A stretch of DNA of 64,000 nucleotides from Candidatus Latescibacterota bacterium (lineage in GTDB: Bacteria; Latescibacterota; UBA2968). The notes beneath the pieces were generated by a model. That model searched no databases, was not told the origin of the DNA, and saw only the letters and a list, made by a program, of their open reading frames with translations. Both the position numbers and the translations under genes were made by a program. Positions 1 through 10,516 of the stretch are shown here, piece after piece (position 1 is the stretch's first letter; each line of letters begins with the position of its first letter). The stretch spans positions 5,152,001 through 5,216,000 of the forward strand of contig OZ240241.1 in assembly GCA_965198115.1 (NCBI GenBank), written 5' to 3'.

Positions 1-149
1 TCTGACCTCTGACCGTTGTCATCTGCAATGCTGTGGGCCCTAGCATTGGGCGAAGCGCCGTTCGACCCGGAGTTTATCCCGAGCGAAGTCGAGGGGCCCA
101 CGATTTCCGCGATAGGGGCGAAGCCGTCAACACGTCCACCGTCCACCGT

Positions 150-1229
150 CTACAGGTACTTCTCCCCACCTTCTCGCTCCCCAAGCCTGTCCACGACTTC
201 CCTCACTCGCTGCACCTCATCCCGTGGCACGATCAGCAGGGCGTCACCTGCGTCGACGACACAAAGGTTGTCTACACCGATCAGGGCGATCAGCTTCCCA
301 TCAGGTGCGTAGACCGTCGATCCCGTCGTATCGAGGGCGATGGTATCGGCTGAGATGAGGTTGCCGTGCTCATCCACCGGCAACACGTCCGCGAGCGCGC
401 CCCAGCTACCGATATCGCTCCAATCGATGTCCGCCTCGACCACCGCCACACGATCGGCACGTTCCAGAACAGCGTTGTCGACGGCGATCTCGGTGAGCGT
501 TGGGTAAACGCGTTCCAGCGTCGGCTGCTCCGCATCCGTCCCGACGGTGGCGCTGATCTCCATCAAACCGGCGTGCAAGTCCGGCTCGAACTCCTCGATC
601 AACTCCAGTACCCGAGCGGCGCGCCAGACGAACATATTGGCATTCCACAGATAGTCGCCCGACGATACATACGACTCGGCCGTGGGTGCGTCGGGCTTCT
701 CTTCGAACGTGCCCACGCGATAGATGGGTTCGCCCTCGGCTTCGTGGAAAACCTCGCCCTTTTGGATGTAGCCGTAGCCCGTCTCGGGCCGTGTCGGCTT
801 GACACCGATCAGCACGAGTTCGTCCGGATGATCTTCGACGGTCGCCCCTGCCACCGTCAAAAGCCGGCAGAACTCGCCCGGCTTCCCGATGTGGTGATCG
901 GAGCCCAGACTCGCGACCGTGCACCCGGGAAAGGCCGATTCCAGGAGCACGCATTCCAACCCGACCGCGGGCCCTGTGTTTCGCAGCGCAGGCTCGACGA
1001 TCAGATGTTCACCCGCGAGATTCGGCAGCTGTTCGCGAACACCTTCGGCAAGCGCAGCGCCTGTCGAGACATACACGTCATCGATCCGTGCGATGGAATC
1101 GACTCTCTCCACCGCCGTCTGGAGCATCGACCGATCGCCGACCAGGGCGTGAAACTGTTTCGGCTTCTCCAGTCTGCTAAAGGGCCAGAGACGTGTTCCG
1201 ATGCCTCCGGCGCGAATCACGAATTTCAT
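150..1229 (-). CDS. manC: Mannose-1-phosphate guanylyltransferase (nucleotidyltransferase family)
   Basis: Motifs AGGIGTRLWPFSR..KPKQF, EP..RNT, SDH, PETGYGYI, FEEKP and WSDIGSW. Start moved to ATG at 1229, which has an AAGGAG RBS. Confidence 0.9.
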   Translation of the reverse strand: MKFVIRAGGIGTRLWPFSRLEKPKQFHALVGDRSMLQTAVERVDSIARIDDVYVSTGAALAEGVREQLPNLAGEHLIVEPALRNTGPAVGLECVLLESAFPGCTVASLGSDHHIGKPGEFCRLLTVAGATVEDHPDELVLIGVKPTRPETGYGYIQKGEVFHEAEGEPIYRVGTFEEKPDAPTAESYVSSGDYLWNANMFVWRAARVLELIEEFEPDLHAGLMEISATVGTDAEQPTLERVYPTLTEIAVDNAVLERADRVAVVEADIDWSDIGSWGALADVLPVDEHGNLISADTIALDTTGSTVYAPDGKLIALIGVDNLCVVDAGDALLIVPRDEVQRVREVVDRLGEREGGEKYL

Positions 1230-1391
1230 CCTCGCTCCTTCTCTGTCGACCTCGTCGACCCTCGGCTTCTCTCGCGAGAAGATCCGAAAGGACACGAGCC
1301 AAGTCAAAAGTGATGGCCCTCCGAACCCAAAAGATAAGAGCCACTCCTCGAAAAGAGCGGCTCAAGAATACAAATCAGCGGCTTCGGGCAA

Positions 1392-1877
1392 TCAGTCGCC
1401 GAGCTTTGGATAATCGAAGAACTCGAACTGGCCGGCGCCAGTCTCGACGGATCCCCAGGATTCGAATCGAGCGCAGAAAATCGCGCACGTCGGCACATTG
1501 TCCACGCAGAAATCCGTCAGAGAATTCGCGAGGTCCGTCATGTCCGGATTGTGCCCGACCATCATCAGAGACGTGATCGCGATGTCGGTCGACCGGGCAA
1601 GACGTATGATCTCATCCGGGCCACCGCCATAGATCGGCTCGGCCACGCTCACATCCCCGTCATAGCCGATCGCCTTGGCGATTTCCATCGTCGTGCGCCG
1701 CGCCCGTTTTGCCGGGCTCGTCACGATCAGATCGGGCTCTACTCCGCGCGCCCTGAGTCGACGCCCCATAGCGGGCGCGTCGCGCTTCCCCCGTTTGTTC
1801 AACGGCCGATCGATATCGGCCATTCCGGGATCCGCCCAACTCGATTTGGCGTGCCTGACTAGATAAAGATTAACCAA
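1392..1877 (-). CDS. sixA: SixA-like phosphohistidine phosphatase (histidine phosphatase family)
   Basis: Motifs LVRHAKS, DRPLNKRG, SPAKRA and VGHNP. Confidence 0.85.
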   Translation of the reverse strand: MVNLYLVRHAKSSWADPGMADIDRPLNKRGKRDAPAMGRRLRARGVEPDLIVTSPAKRARRTTMEIAKAIGYDGDVSVAEPIYGGGPDEIIRLARSTDIAITSLMMVGHNPDMTDLANSLTDFCVDNVPTCAIFCARFESWGSVETGAGQFEFFDYPKLGD

Positions 1878-2008
1878 GAAACTGTTCCCGCTAGATCATG
1901 AACCTGAAGTGTTCGACGCACGTTGCCTTCTGATTGGGATCAGGAACGCGCTCGATCAAGCTGTATTCGGACGACTCTCCCGCACGCATCTTGCGAGATT
2001 CTCCCATC

Positions 2009-2135
2009 TCACTGCTCGTAGACGTTCATCAGATCCGGATCATCCGTCAGATACTGCACGAACTCCCACTCGGTTCCCAGATCGTCGAATATGTAGGACC
2101 TCAGCCTTGCCCCTTCACCTTCTTCGAGCAGATCC
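2009..2135 (-). pseudogene. C-terminal remnant of a VOC/glyoxalase-family protein
   Basis: Minus frame reads DLLEEGEGARLRSYIFDDLGTEWEFVQYLTDDPDLMNVYEQ*, resembling a VOC C-terminus. It has no start of its own. Confidence 0.5.
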
Positions 2136-2468
2136 CCAGCAGCATCGCATTGAGATCTTCATCCTTGTCGATCAGTCTGTTGATCCCACGCCCATCGTAT
2201 ATGGCGAGCGCTTCCATCTCCGTGCTGAAGTCACGATGCGGCACGCCTACCTTAACCACCGCCTCCTCGCCATTCGGCAGCTCGGCGTAGCCTACGTAAT
2301 TGCCCTTGATCTCCTCCGTCGCCGGTCCCAGCGTCAATCCCCACTTGTCCCGACACTGCCTCAAGATGTCCGGCAACGCATCCAACCAGACCCGGCCCTT
2401 GTCACCCCATCCTCCGATGGCAAAGTCGATCAGTCGCTGTGGGAATTCTGGATCTTCGGGTTGGCCAT
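2136..2468 (-). pseudogene. N-terminal fragment of an APH(6)/StrB-like aminoglycoside/hydroxyurea-resistance kinase family protein
   Basis: Reads WG..GRVWLDALP...KWGL...AVVKVG...E.EAL..YDGRG..RL......AMLL, then loses similarity. The catalytic HGD lobe is absent. Probable 1-bp frameshift near 2452 (MANPKI/PEFPQ). Confidence 0.65.
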
Positions 2469-2492
2469 TGCCACCTGCGTCCTTCAACGTTA

Positions 2493-2515
2493 CGTGGGGC
2501 TGAAGCCCCACGCTA
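2493..2515. repeat. REP-like palindrome CGTGGGGC-TGAA-GCCCCACG with a (C)TA tail
   Basis: Perfect 8-bp stem in an intergenic position. Confidence 0.55.
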
Positions 2516-2587
2516 TGCTGCGAAGCCGGCTAGATCAGATATCGGATCTCTCTACTCGGCAATCTGATATCGCCTTGTTCCCCGCTT

Positions 2588-3457
2588 CTATCCCTTCCAC
2601 CCCGTGTCGATGCTCGTGTAGCCTTCGGTGTAACGCCTCAGGTGATCCGGGATTTCCTCGAGGAAGCGTTTCCCCGACTCTGGAATCTCCCACGGCACAT
2701 CGATCTCGTGGTTTCGGTCTCGAAAACCGAGCGCACAGGACAATCGGACCTCATCCAGCGTGTTCGGGAATGCTCCGTGGTACGTCCGATGAGCGAACAC
2801 GATCATATCGCCAGGATTCGTAAAGAGCGGCACCAGACCAGGAATGTCGAACCCGGCATATCGGCTTTCTTCCTCATCCGCCGGGTAAAACGACCTGTTG
2901 TCCTCCGTCATCTTGAATCCCTGGGGCCCTTCCCAGCACTCGACGTGCGAGTCCTCGATCACGCACAGCCCACCGTGCACCGGACGCGACCCCGTGATGT
3001 AAAACCACTTGCCCGACGGCCAGAGCCCGCGATTCAGGACGTCTCCCGAACTCTTCGGCGGCCCGTCATCGAACCCGCACCAGTCTGTGTGCCACCCGAC
3101 AGGTTGCGAGCCCGGCATCCGAATGATCGCTGCCGACCGATGCACCGTCAGATCTTCCGTTCCGATCAGGTGGCGATGGATCCTCATGAACGGTTCGTGT
3201 TCCATCAGCAACCACGCCTTCGGACCGGATTCGACCCAGGCATGACGTGTTCTGCTTTCACCCCGCTTGAGTGTCCGATCCGGATCCGTCCCTTCCCACA
3301 CTCCCTCCTTCAGCCTCTCCACAATGTCCTCAGACAACACATCCTTGACGATCGCAAACCCGTGCGCCTCCAGACACGCCGTCATCGCGTCCAGTTCATC
3401 CACCGAAAACTCGTATCGATACCCGAGGTCCGGCTTTTCAATGCTCGCTTGATCCAT
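2588..3457 (-). CDS. PhyH-family Fe(II)/2-oxoglutarate dioxygenase
   Basis: GFAIVKDVL N-terminus, WHTD iron motif, PGDMIVF..RTYHG and a downstream Arg. Confidence 0.8.
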   Translation of the reverse strand: MDQASIEKPDLGYRYEFSVDELDAMTACLEAHGFAIVKDVLSEDIVERLKEGVWEGTDPDRTLKRGESRTRHAWVESGPKAWLLMEHEPFMRIHRHLIGTEDLTVHRSAAIIRMPGSQPVGWHTDWCGFDDGPPKSSGDVLNRGLWPSGKWFYITGSRPVHGGLCVIEDSHVECWEGPQGFKMTEDNRSFYPADEEESRYAGFDIPGLVPLFTNPGDMIVFAHRTYHGAFPNTLDEVRLSCALGFRDRNHEIDVPWEIPESGKRFLEEIPDHLRRYTEGYTSIDTGWKG

Positions 3458-3584
3458 CGCCTGCTCCGTTGTCAGCCTCTCTGGTCAATTGTCACTGATC
3501 ACCAGTCATTGGTCATCGGCCCGCTCTCGCCTTACACAATCAGCCTACCAGGCCAATTCTCGATTCTCGATCTTCGATTCTCGA

Positions 3585-5099
3585 TCACTTCGCCCACGTC
3601 GGAACGTTCCCCGTCACGCCCAACAGGGGCACGGCGACCAGGACCATCACGAGGGACAACACCACGACACTCATCAGGTTCAACCAGAACCCCGTCTTCG
3701 ACATCTCGGGAATCGTCACGCGGCCACTTCCGAAGATCACCGCATTCGGTCCCGTACCCGACGGCAGCATAAAAGCGCACGAGCAAGCGAACGTGGCCGG
3801 AATCATCAGCAGGAAGGGATGCATCTTCCCGGCAATGGCCATCGTCGCGAGCACGGGCAGAAAAATGTTAGCCGTTGCGGTGTTGGAATTGATTTCCGTG
3901 ATGAACGTCATAAACAGAATGACGAGGAGAATGATCACGGCCAGTGGCAAAACCCCGATGAAGGCCAGTTGTATGCCAAGCCAGTCCGCCAGACCTGTTG
4001 ACGCAAAGCTCTTCGCGATGGCGTAGCCACCCCCCACGATCAAGACGACCCCCCACGGAACGCTCTGAGCTTCCTGCCACGTGATCAACCTCCGCTGCTC
4101 GCCCGAGGCCGTTCGGCCTGCCGGCAGGAGAAAAAGGATGACAGCCGCGAAGACCGCCACCGTCGAGTCGTGAACTTGATCGACGACGTCGAGCAGCGTC
4201 GACCAACCTGGAATGTGCAGAGTGCCGAAAATGAGATCCTTACGGAAGATCCATCCAAGCCCCGTCAGCACGAACACCGTCAGCACCCGCTGCTCCGCCT
4301 GGCTCATTCGCCCCAATCCGGACAGCTCGGTCCGGATCACATCGTCGCTACCCGCAAACGTGCCCTCGACGCCGTGAAACCAGGCCAGATACAGCCACGT
4401 GATCGGCAGGAACAGGATCACGAAGGGGATTCCGATCTGCATCCACTCGAAGAAGCTGATATCCGGCCCATTCGGGTAGAGGGTCTTCACCATTCCGACG
4501 AAAACCATATTGGGCGGCGTTCCCACCAGCGATCCCGTGCCCCCGATGCTCGCTGCGTGGGCGACCGCCAGCATCAGCGCCAAACCGAAGTGACTCCCCG
4601 ACCCATCGCGTGCCGCTTCCGGGTCCGCGGCCTCTTCCCGCGCGATCACCGCCACGGCGATCGGCAACATCAGCAACGTCACGGCGACATTGGCGATCCA
4701 CATCGACAGCAATGCCGTCGCGACCATAAAACTGAGCATAATGCGTCGGCGACTCGTTCCGATCCGGGCGATGAGAACCAGGGCGATGCGTCTGTGAAGA
4801 TTGTGAACCTCGAAAGCCTTCGCGATGAAGAAACCGGCCAGCAGCATCAGCACATAATTGTGGCCATAATTGACCGCCGTCGTCCGGGCATCCAGAATGC
4901 CCAGCAGCGGAAAGATCGCCATCGGAACGAGCGCAGTCACCGAAATCGGAATCGCTTCCGTCATCCACCAAACCGCCATCAACAACGTGACGGTTGCCGC
5001 CCGCATTCCCATCTCACCCAAGCCAGCGGGCGCAGGAGCGATACACAGAACCGCAAAAGCCGCGATTCCGCCAATCAATCCGACCTGTTCACGCGTCAA
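3585..5099 (-). CDS. SLC13/DASS family sodium:dicarboxylate/sulfate symporter
   Basis: Motifs WWMTEAIP, SIGGTGSLVGTPPN, TEINSNTA and FMLPSGTGPNA, with many TM helices. Confidence 0.92.
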   Translation of the reverse strand: MTREQVGLIGGIAAFAVLCIAPAPAGLGEMGMRAATVTLLMAVWWMTEAIPISVTALVPMAIFPLLGILDARTTAVNYGHNYVLMLLAGFFIAKAFEVHNLHRRIALVLIARIGTSRRRIMLSFMVATALLSMWIANVAVTLLMLPIAVAVIAREEAADPEAARDGSGSHFGLALMLAVAHAASIGGTGSLVGTPPNMVFVGMVKTLYPNGPDISFFEWMQIGIPFVILFLPITWLYLAWFHGVEGTFAGSDDVIRTELSGLGRMSQAEQRVLTVFVLTGLGWIFRKDLIFGTLHIPGWSTLLDVVDQVHDSTVAVFAAVILFLLPAGRTASGEQRRLITWQEAQSVPWGVVLIVGGGYAIAKSFASTGLADWLGIQLAFIGVLPLAVIILLVILFMTFITEINSNTATANIFLPVLATMAIAGKMHPFLLMIPATFACSCAFMLPSGTGPNAVIFGSGRVTIPEMSKTGFWLNLMSVVVLSLVMVLVAVPLLGVTGNVPTWAK

Positions 5100-5366
5100 T
5101 CGACCTCCTCAGATTCGTGGATCGCGCAATATAGCACCGCGACCGTGACTTCGCTTCGATCACCCAGATTGAACCTGATCCCAGACGAAAGAAGCCCCCC
5201 CGCAGACGAAGATCGCCTTTTTTTATTCTCACCTTGCATCTCAAGCTCTGTCTTGTCTAAGTATCTTAAACTCCGATTCGGCCGTATATTAACAGGCAAT
5301 TTGCCCGTTTCATCCATCCGGCAAAAGGATCTCTTGAATTCCTAATTCCCTAATTTCCTAATTCTA

Positions 5367-6107
5367 ATGCCTCCAACCCCCAACGCATTCAGCGTCCTCG
5401 TCGTGATGGACGACGTCTACGCACAAAAAGCGCTCACGGAATACGCCCACAACGCCGGTTACCGATCATCCGGCGTGGCAGAGGCCCGCAAAGCCGCCGC
5501 AACGATCGCGCAAAACCCCATTCATCTGATCATCGTCGATGTCGGAAAGAAGGCAGGCAAGGAATTCGTCGAAGCCATCAAAAAACACAAGCCGGAGCTT
5601 CTCGCCCTTGGCCTGGTCGACGAGGTGCCTGACGTCGATGAACAGGCCGAAGACATTGTGAATGGCTACCTCGTCCGGCCGGTGACCCAGGAAATGGTGA
5701 CCGATCAGCTCAATGAGTTGCTGCTCAAAGAAGAGGAAGAGGGTCCGCCCGCGCAGGTGGTCGTCATCGACGATGACGCGAACGCGGTGACCGCCGTCGA
5801 GCACGTCCTGCAGGTTCGAGGATTCGTAGTACGGGGATTCCAGGATCCCGGCGAGGGTCTCGAATCGATCCTGGCCGATCCGCCCGATGTGATCATCCTC
5901 GATGTCGAAATGCCCCACACCACGGGGTTCGAAGTGCTGGAATCCATCCAGCAGAACCCCGATACCGCCGACATTCCAGTCCTCATTTTCACGTCCGATC
6001 CCTCCAGAGACAACGTTCAAAAGACCATTCAGGGGGGTGCCCAGGGCTTCCTCGCCAAACCCTTCGAACCCAAAGGCCTCACAGAAAAAGTCCGCAGCCT
6101 CCTGTAG
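5367..6107 (+). CDS. Response regulator with two receiver domains
   Basis: C-terminal REC domain (VIDDD, ILDVEMP..TGFE, FLAKPF) plus a degenerate N-terminal REC domain. Confidence 0.85.
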   Translation: MPPTPNAFSVLVVMDDVYAQKALTEYAHNAGYRSSGVAEARKAAATIAQNPIHLIIVDVGKKAGKEFVEAIKKHKPELLALGLVDEVPDVDEQAEDIVNGYLVRPVTQEMVTDQLNELLLKEEEEGPPAQVVVIDDDANAVTAVEHVLQVRGFVVRGFQDPGEGLESILADPPDVIILDVEMPHTTGFEVLESIQQNPDTADIPVLIFTSDPSRDNVQKTIQGGAQGFLAKPFEPKGLTEKVRSLL

Positions 6108-6223
6108 TAGGCCTTCTCCCCTTTCGCAGAACGATATCCGAGATCCGATTGAAGAAATCAGATCTCAGACGTCCCAAATCTGATTTCTGACATCGTCGTG
6201 CCCGCACCGTCAACCGTCCACTG

Positions 6224-7719
6224 TTAGTCGTCCTCCCGCATCCACTCCAGCTGCGGCCACCGCAACGGACCCGTATTCGCCCGCGGCATCCCGGGCGTAC
6301 TCCTCCCCTCTCCTTCACATACCTCGTCAGCAATGCGGTGAGTGCCTCGACAACCTCGGGGTGGTCACCGCAGACGTTTACCCGTTCCGAGATGTCTGCA
6401 TCGAGGTCGTAGAGCTGGATCGAAGGCGCTCCCTCCGGCTCGTCACCCGGCTTCGGATAACTCCAGCCGCCAGATCCCGGGCACAATTCCAGCTTCCAAC
6501 GACCCTGTCGTATGGAAAACGAGCCGTTCACTGAATGATGAACCGTTGCTTCTCTCAAGGGGCCGATCGCTTCGCCACGCCACGCCCCAAGAAGACTGAC
6601 GCTGTCCTCGGCTGAATCCTCTTCGAGATCGACGTTCAGAATCTTCGCCATCGTAGCCATCAGATCCACGAGGCAGACCGTTTCGTCATACGTCGATCCC
6701 GGCGGGATCTTTTCAGGCCATCGAACGAGATGCGGGATGCGATGTCCCCCTTCGTAGATGTCCGCCTTGTGTCCGCGAAAGTGATAGCTCGGGCGATGAC
6801 CCAGTGACGCCAGGTGCGTGAAATCCGCGCGGGGCGAACATCCGTTGTCTGCAGCGAACACGACGATCGTCTGATCGGTCAGATCGTTCGCCTCGAGCGA
6901 ATCCAGAATCCGCCCGACCGTATCGTCAACCTGCAAACAGAAGTCGCCATAGGCGTTCGTACCCGATTTTCCACGAAAGGCCGGCGTCGGCAAGATCGGC
7001 GTATGAGGCGCGGGCAGCGGCAGATACAGGAAGAACGGCTCGGTCTTGTGGCTCTCGATGTACGCGACCGCACGGTCGGTCAGCGTGGGAAGCACTTCCT
7101 CGTGTACGAAATCGGGCACCGTCGGCCCTTCCCGCCAGAACGCCATTCCCTGGTCCTTCGTCACACGATCGGGCGCGGCCGTAGGACGGTCGTCTTCGAC
7201 ATACACGTAAGGTGGCATATCCAATGAAGCCGCGATCCCGAAATAGTGATCGAAACCTCGGGTGGTCGGGCCATTTGAGATCGGCTTTGAAAATTCCACA
7301 TCCTCCCCTCCGGACGGAGCTGCCTCGCTCTGCTCTACTTCTCCCTTGCTCCCTGCTTCCGCGCCCCCCTGCCGCCTTCCCCACGACCAACCGAGGTGCC
7401 ACTTTCCAAAACACGCCGTGCGATACCCCATTTGGCGGAGCATCTCTCCCACAGTCAGCCGACCCTCTTCGATCAACGCCTCAGAATACCCCCACGTCAC
7501 ACCGTGCTTCAGCGTCGACCGCCAGTTGTAGCGGCCCGTCAAAAGACTATAGCGGGACGGCGTACACACCGCCGACGTCGAGTGGGCATCCGTGAAAGCC
7601 ATTCCACCCGATCTCAGTCGATCAAGATGCCGCGTATGGAATTTCGACTCCGGATTCAGACATGACAGATCGCCGTATCCCATATCGTCGGCCAGGATAT
7701 AGACAAGATTTGGTTTCAA
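6224..7719 (-). CDS. Arylsulfatase (Cys-type, formylglycine-dependent), frameshifted near the C-terminus
   Basis: Motifs ILADDMGYGD, CTPSRYSLLTGRY, GKWHLG and EGGHRIP. TTG start at 7719 after GGAGG. An extra AG near 6310 shifts away from the expected ending EGRSTPG...WPQLEWMREDD* (stop 6224-6226). Confidence 0.88.
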
Positions 7720-7927
7720 AAGCCCTCCGAGTTCAACCCTGGATGCTCGAGATTCTATTTTTCGGCCGGTGTTGCCAAAATTCACACCTGTGTTGGCCCC
7801 GCTTCAGAGCGAAACCACCCCATTCGTCAAGAACCGCGTCGTTGACGGCTTTCCGCATCTGGCACCCAACTTGCAATGTCGAGGTCCGACCACGCAGGAT
7901 TCAACCAAACACTGCCGGAGGCAACAG

Positions 7928-8524
7928 ATGAGAACACGACTTTTTACCGCCGCTCTTTCATTCGCGCTTCTTCTTCCTACGGGATCGCTCGAGGCCAGGA
8001 CCCTCGATCAGACCCTGGGTCTCGATCAATCCCAGAACGCGGTCGCCCCCCAGCCGGGGGCGCTGATGTTCAAAGACCCGATGATCGCGGGTCTGATGAG
8101 TGCGACGTTGCCGGGACTCGGTCAGGTCTACGCGGGACAGCGTAAGCGAGGTCTCCTATTCTTCATTGGCACGGTTAGCGCCCTCGGCACGGCCGTAGCC
8201 CTCGCGGAGCCCGCGAACCTCGACCTGTCGGACTACGATCGGGGCGTCAACGGGGGCAACGACGATGGACTGCTGAGCGCCGATGAGATTGCGAGCTGGG
8301 AAAACGGGGAATCCCAGGATGATGCCTTCGACCGCCTGAGCGGTGGGAGAAAAGCGGGCGTCATCACCTCCGGTGTGATCGGACTGGGGCTCTACGTCTG
8401 GAACATCTTCGACGCAAAAAGCGCGGCGAAAGCGCACAACGAAAAAGCGCTGGCTCGCCGGTTCGAGCTGGGTCTGGTTCAAAGCGGTGATCGAACCGGG
8501 CTGGCGTTGAACATCAACTTCTAA
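7928..8524 (+). CDS. Exported/membrane protein with a K-D-P...LPGLGQ.Y motif (DUF5683/TM2-like)
   Basis: Signal peptide, KDPMIAGLMSATLPGLGQVY, YVWNIFDA and a C-terminal Phe. Confidence 0.6.
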   Translation: MRTRLFTAALSFALLLPTGSLEARTLDQTLGLDQSQNAVAPQPGALMFKDPMIAGLMSATLPGLGQVYAGQRKRGLLFFIGTVSALGTAVALAEPANLDLSDYDRGVNGGNDDGLLSADEIASWENGESQDDAFDRLSGGRKAGVITSGVIGLGLYVWNIFDAKSAAKAHNEKALARRFELGLVQSGDRTGLALNINF

Positions 8525-8631
8525 TCATTTCAAAAGACCATCGCTACAGCCCCCGGGCAGAGCTCTGGGCAGAGCCCAGGGGCGAGTGACACGCATTACG
8601 TATTCTTTGTAAAAGTAAGACGCTGCACTCG

Positions 8632-8665
8632 TCCCCGTGCGGAGCAATAGTGCTCCGCACGGGGA
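8632..8665. repeat. 15-bp perfect inverted repeat (family A palindrome) between convergent genes
   Basis: TCCCCGTGCGGAGCA-ATAG-TGCTCCGCACGGGGA. Confidence 0.75.
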
Positions 8666-8676
8666 TGCTGTTTGCT

Positions 8677-9552
8677 TCAGCGACTGCCACCCACTTCCCT
8701 TTCAAGATTCGAAGCTCGATTCCCCGCGATCGTATGCACCACCAGCGTCGCGACCAGCACCCCTCCACCGACGAAGGCAGCCCTTCCCGGTTCCTCTCCA
8801 AGCGCAATCCAGACCCACAGGGGCCCCAGCACCATTTCCGACAGCTTGATCAGACCCACTTCGGGTGCGGGCAGATACCGTGGCGCCAGAATCAGAAACC
8901 CGAAGGCCGTCGGCAAGACGATCAGGCCGAGCACACCGAGCAGGACCGCATCCATCGAGGTCACGTCTGCCGGGGTCGAAAACGGAAACACCGTCAGTGC
9001 GACGAGCAGCCCCCCAAGCGCGACACTCGGGACAAGATTCAACGCTTTTGCCCACCGGACGAGCACGACGTGGGACGCCACGAACGTCGCCGCGATCAAC
9101 GCAAACCCGTCTCCCATCCACGCACCCGCGGCAACATTGCCCGAAACCGCGACCCAGATCGCCCCCAGCGCCACGACAATGGCCGCCCAAGTCCTGCCCG
9201 CGACCTTCTCTTTCAGAAAGACCAGACTCAACACCGCAGACAAAAGCGGCGCCACACCCAGAATAATCAGCACGTTGGCCACCGTCGTGTGGTGAATCGC
9301 CAGAACGAACATCAGCGTCCCTGCCGCCAGAACGACACCGGAGCCCCACCCGACCCATCCGATCGCCTTGAAGGCCTTCCAGGTGTTCTGTCGATAGGTA
9401 ACACCGATCCCCACGGTCAGCCCGACCGCCATCAGTATCCCACGCCAAAAAACGAGCGTAAAGGCATCCGTCTCGATCATCCGGATCAGCAGACTATCCG
9501 GGCTCAGTGCCAGAATCCCGGCAAAAGACAGAATAACGCCCTTCGCTCTCAC
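8677..9552 (-). CDS. DMT/EamA family transporter
   Basis: About 10 TM helices in two EamA repeats. Motifs LSPDSLLIR, APRYLPAPEV and LGPLWVW..LGEEP. Confidence 0.88.
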   Translation of the reverse strand: MRAKGVILSFAGILALSPDSLLIRMIETDAFTLVFWRGILMAVGLTVGIGVTYRQNTWKAFKAIGWVGWGSGVVLAAGTLMFVLAIHHTTVANVLIILGVAPLLSAVLSLVFLKEKVAGRTWAAIVVALGAIWVAVSGNVAAGAWMGDGFALIAATFVASHVVLVRWAKALNLVPSVALGGLLVALTVFPFSTPADVTSMDAVLLGVLGLIVLPTAFGFLILAPRYLPAPEVGLIKLSEMVLGPLWVWIALGEEPGRAAFVGGGVLVATLVVHTIAGNRASNLEREVGGSR

Positions 9553-9681
9553 GCAAGACCCCTCATTCTATATTCTCCGATCTCGGATCGCGTTTTCAGA
9601 TTTTTCGACACCCTCTTGACCAAAGGCTAAAGCGTGAATACTCTTGTGATACGTTTGAGTCGGGGGCAAACGAGGGCTTGA

Positions 9682-10194
9682 GTGGCAGACAAGACCAAGA
9701 TCATCGAGTCGATTAGGACCGAGCTCGCCGAGGTCCGCCGGAAAGTCGTGCGGATGGAAACGTTGCTCCTCCAACTCGGGCGAGAATCCGGCAACCACAG
9801 TGCTCCATCGGATCGTTCCGATGTGCCGCCGTCCATCCTTGTCGTCGATGACGACGAGCAAGTTCGACGGCTCCTCCAGCGCGTGATCGAGACCGCTGGA
9901 TACACCCCCGTGGAAGCCGAACGGGGTCGAGACGCCATAGAAATCCTCGAAGATGGCGAAATCGACCTGATGCTCCTCGACATCAACCTCCGCGTTGGAT
10001 CGGGCATCGAAGTTCTTCGTATTCTGAGACGGCGCCAGATCGAAGTGCCTACCATCATCATTTCCGGATACGTATCGATGGGTGTGACCGAACAACTGAT
10101 GGAACTGGGCGTCGACAACATTATGGCTAAACCTTTCCGGACCGATCGCATAGTTGAAGAAATCGAAAAAGCCCTTCGCGCCCAGGCGGCCTGA
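9682..10194 (+). CDS. Single-domain response regulator with an N-terminal coiled extension
   Basis: Motifs ILVVDDD, LLDINL..GSG, IIISG and AKPF. Confidence 0.85.
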   Translation: MADKTKIIESIRTELAEVRRKVVRMETLLLQLGRESGNHSAPSDRSDVPPSILVVDDDEQVRRLLQRVIETAGYTPVEAERGRDAIEILEDGEIDLMLLDINLRVGSGIEVLRILRRRQIEVPTIIISGYVSMGVTEQLMELGVDNIMAKPFRTDRIVEEIEKALRAQAA

Positions 10195-10354
10195 CGGTAT
10201 CGAATCCGGCCCGCAGAATCGCCCAAGTCGTCCGTCATTCTCCGGTTTGCAACCGGGCCTGCTCCCACCGCCAATCACGCCAGACACTCTTCACCGCCCC
10301 TCTCCTGTTTTCACATAAAGTAAATATTTACAAATAGATGTATTCATTCACCTA

Positions 10355-10378
10355 AAAAGTGGCCCCGGGGCCACTTTT
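10355..10378. terminator. 24-bp perfect palindrome, possible bidirectional terminator
   Basis: AAAAGTGGCCCCGGGGCCACTTTT between convergent genes, with A/T tails on both sides. Confidence 0.5.
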
Positions 10379-10516
10379 CCCAATCAGCCAGATGTTCATC
10401 TGAACCCTCAGAAACCTACCCGCTCGATGGCAGACTCACGGAAGCCTGCGACAACAGATCGCCCCGTCATCCGACAATGGAGCGTAGCCTTCCCACGACC
10501 AGTGGGTCCGCCTCTT

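Noticed and set aside
2101-2511. Functional aminoglycoside resistance gene
   Set aside because: Only the N-lobe is present. The catalytic motifs are missing.
366-5345. Long opposite-strand ORFs such as 366-1313, 2642-3772 and 4170-5345 (similarly 36706-38058 and 56468-57619)
   Set aside because: They are antisense shadows of well-supported genes in GC-rich DNA and have no recognisable motifs.
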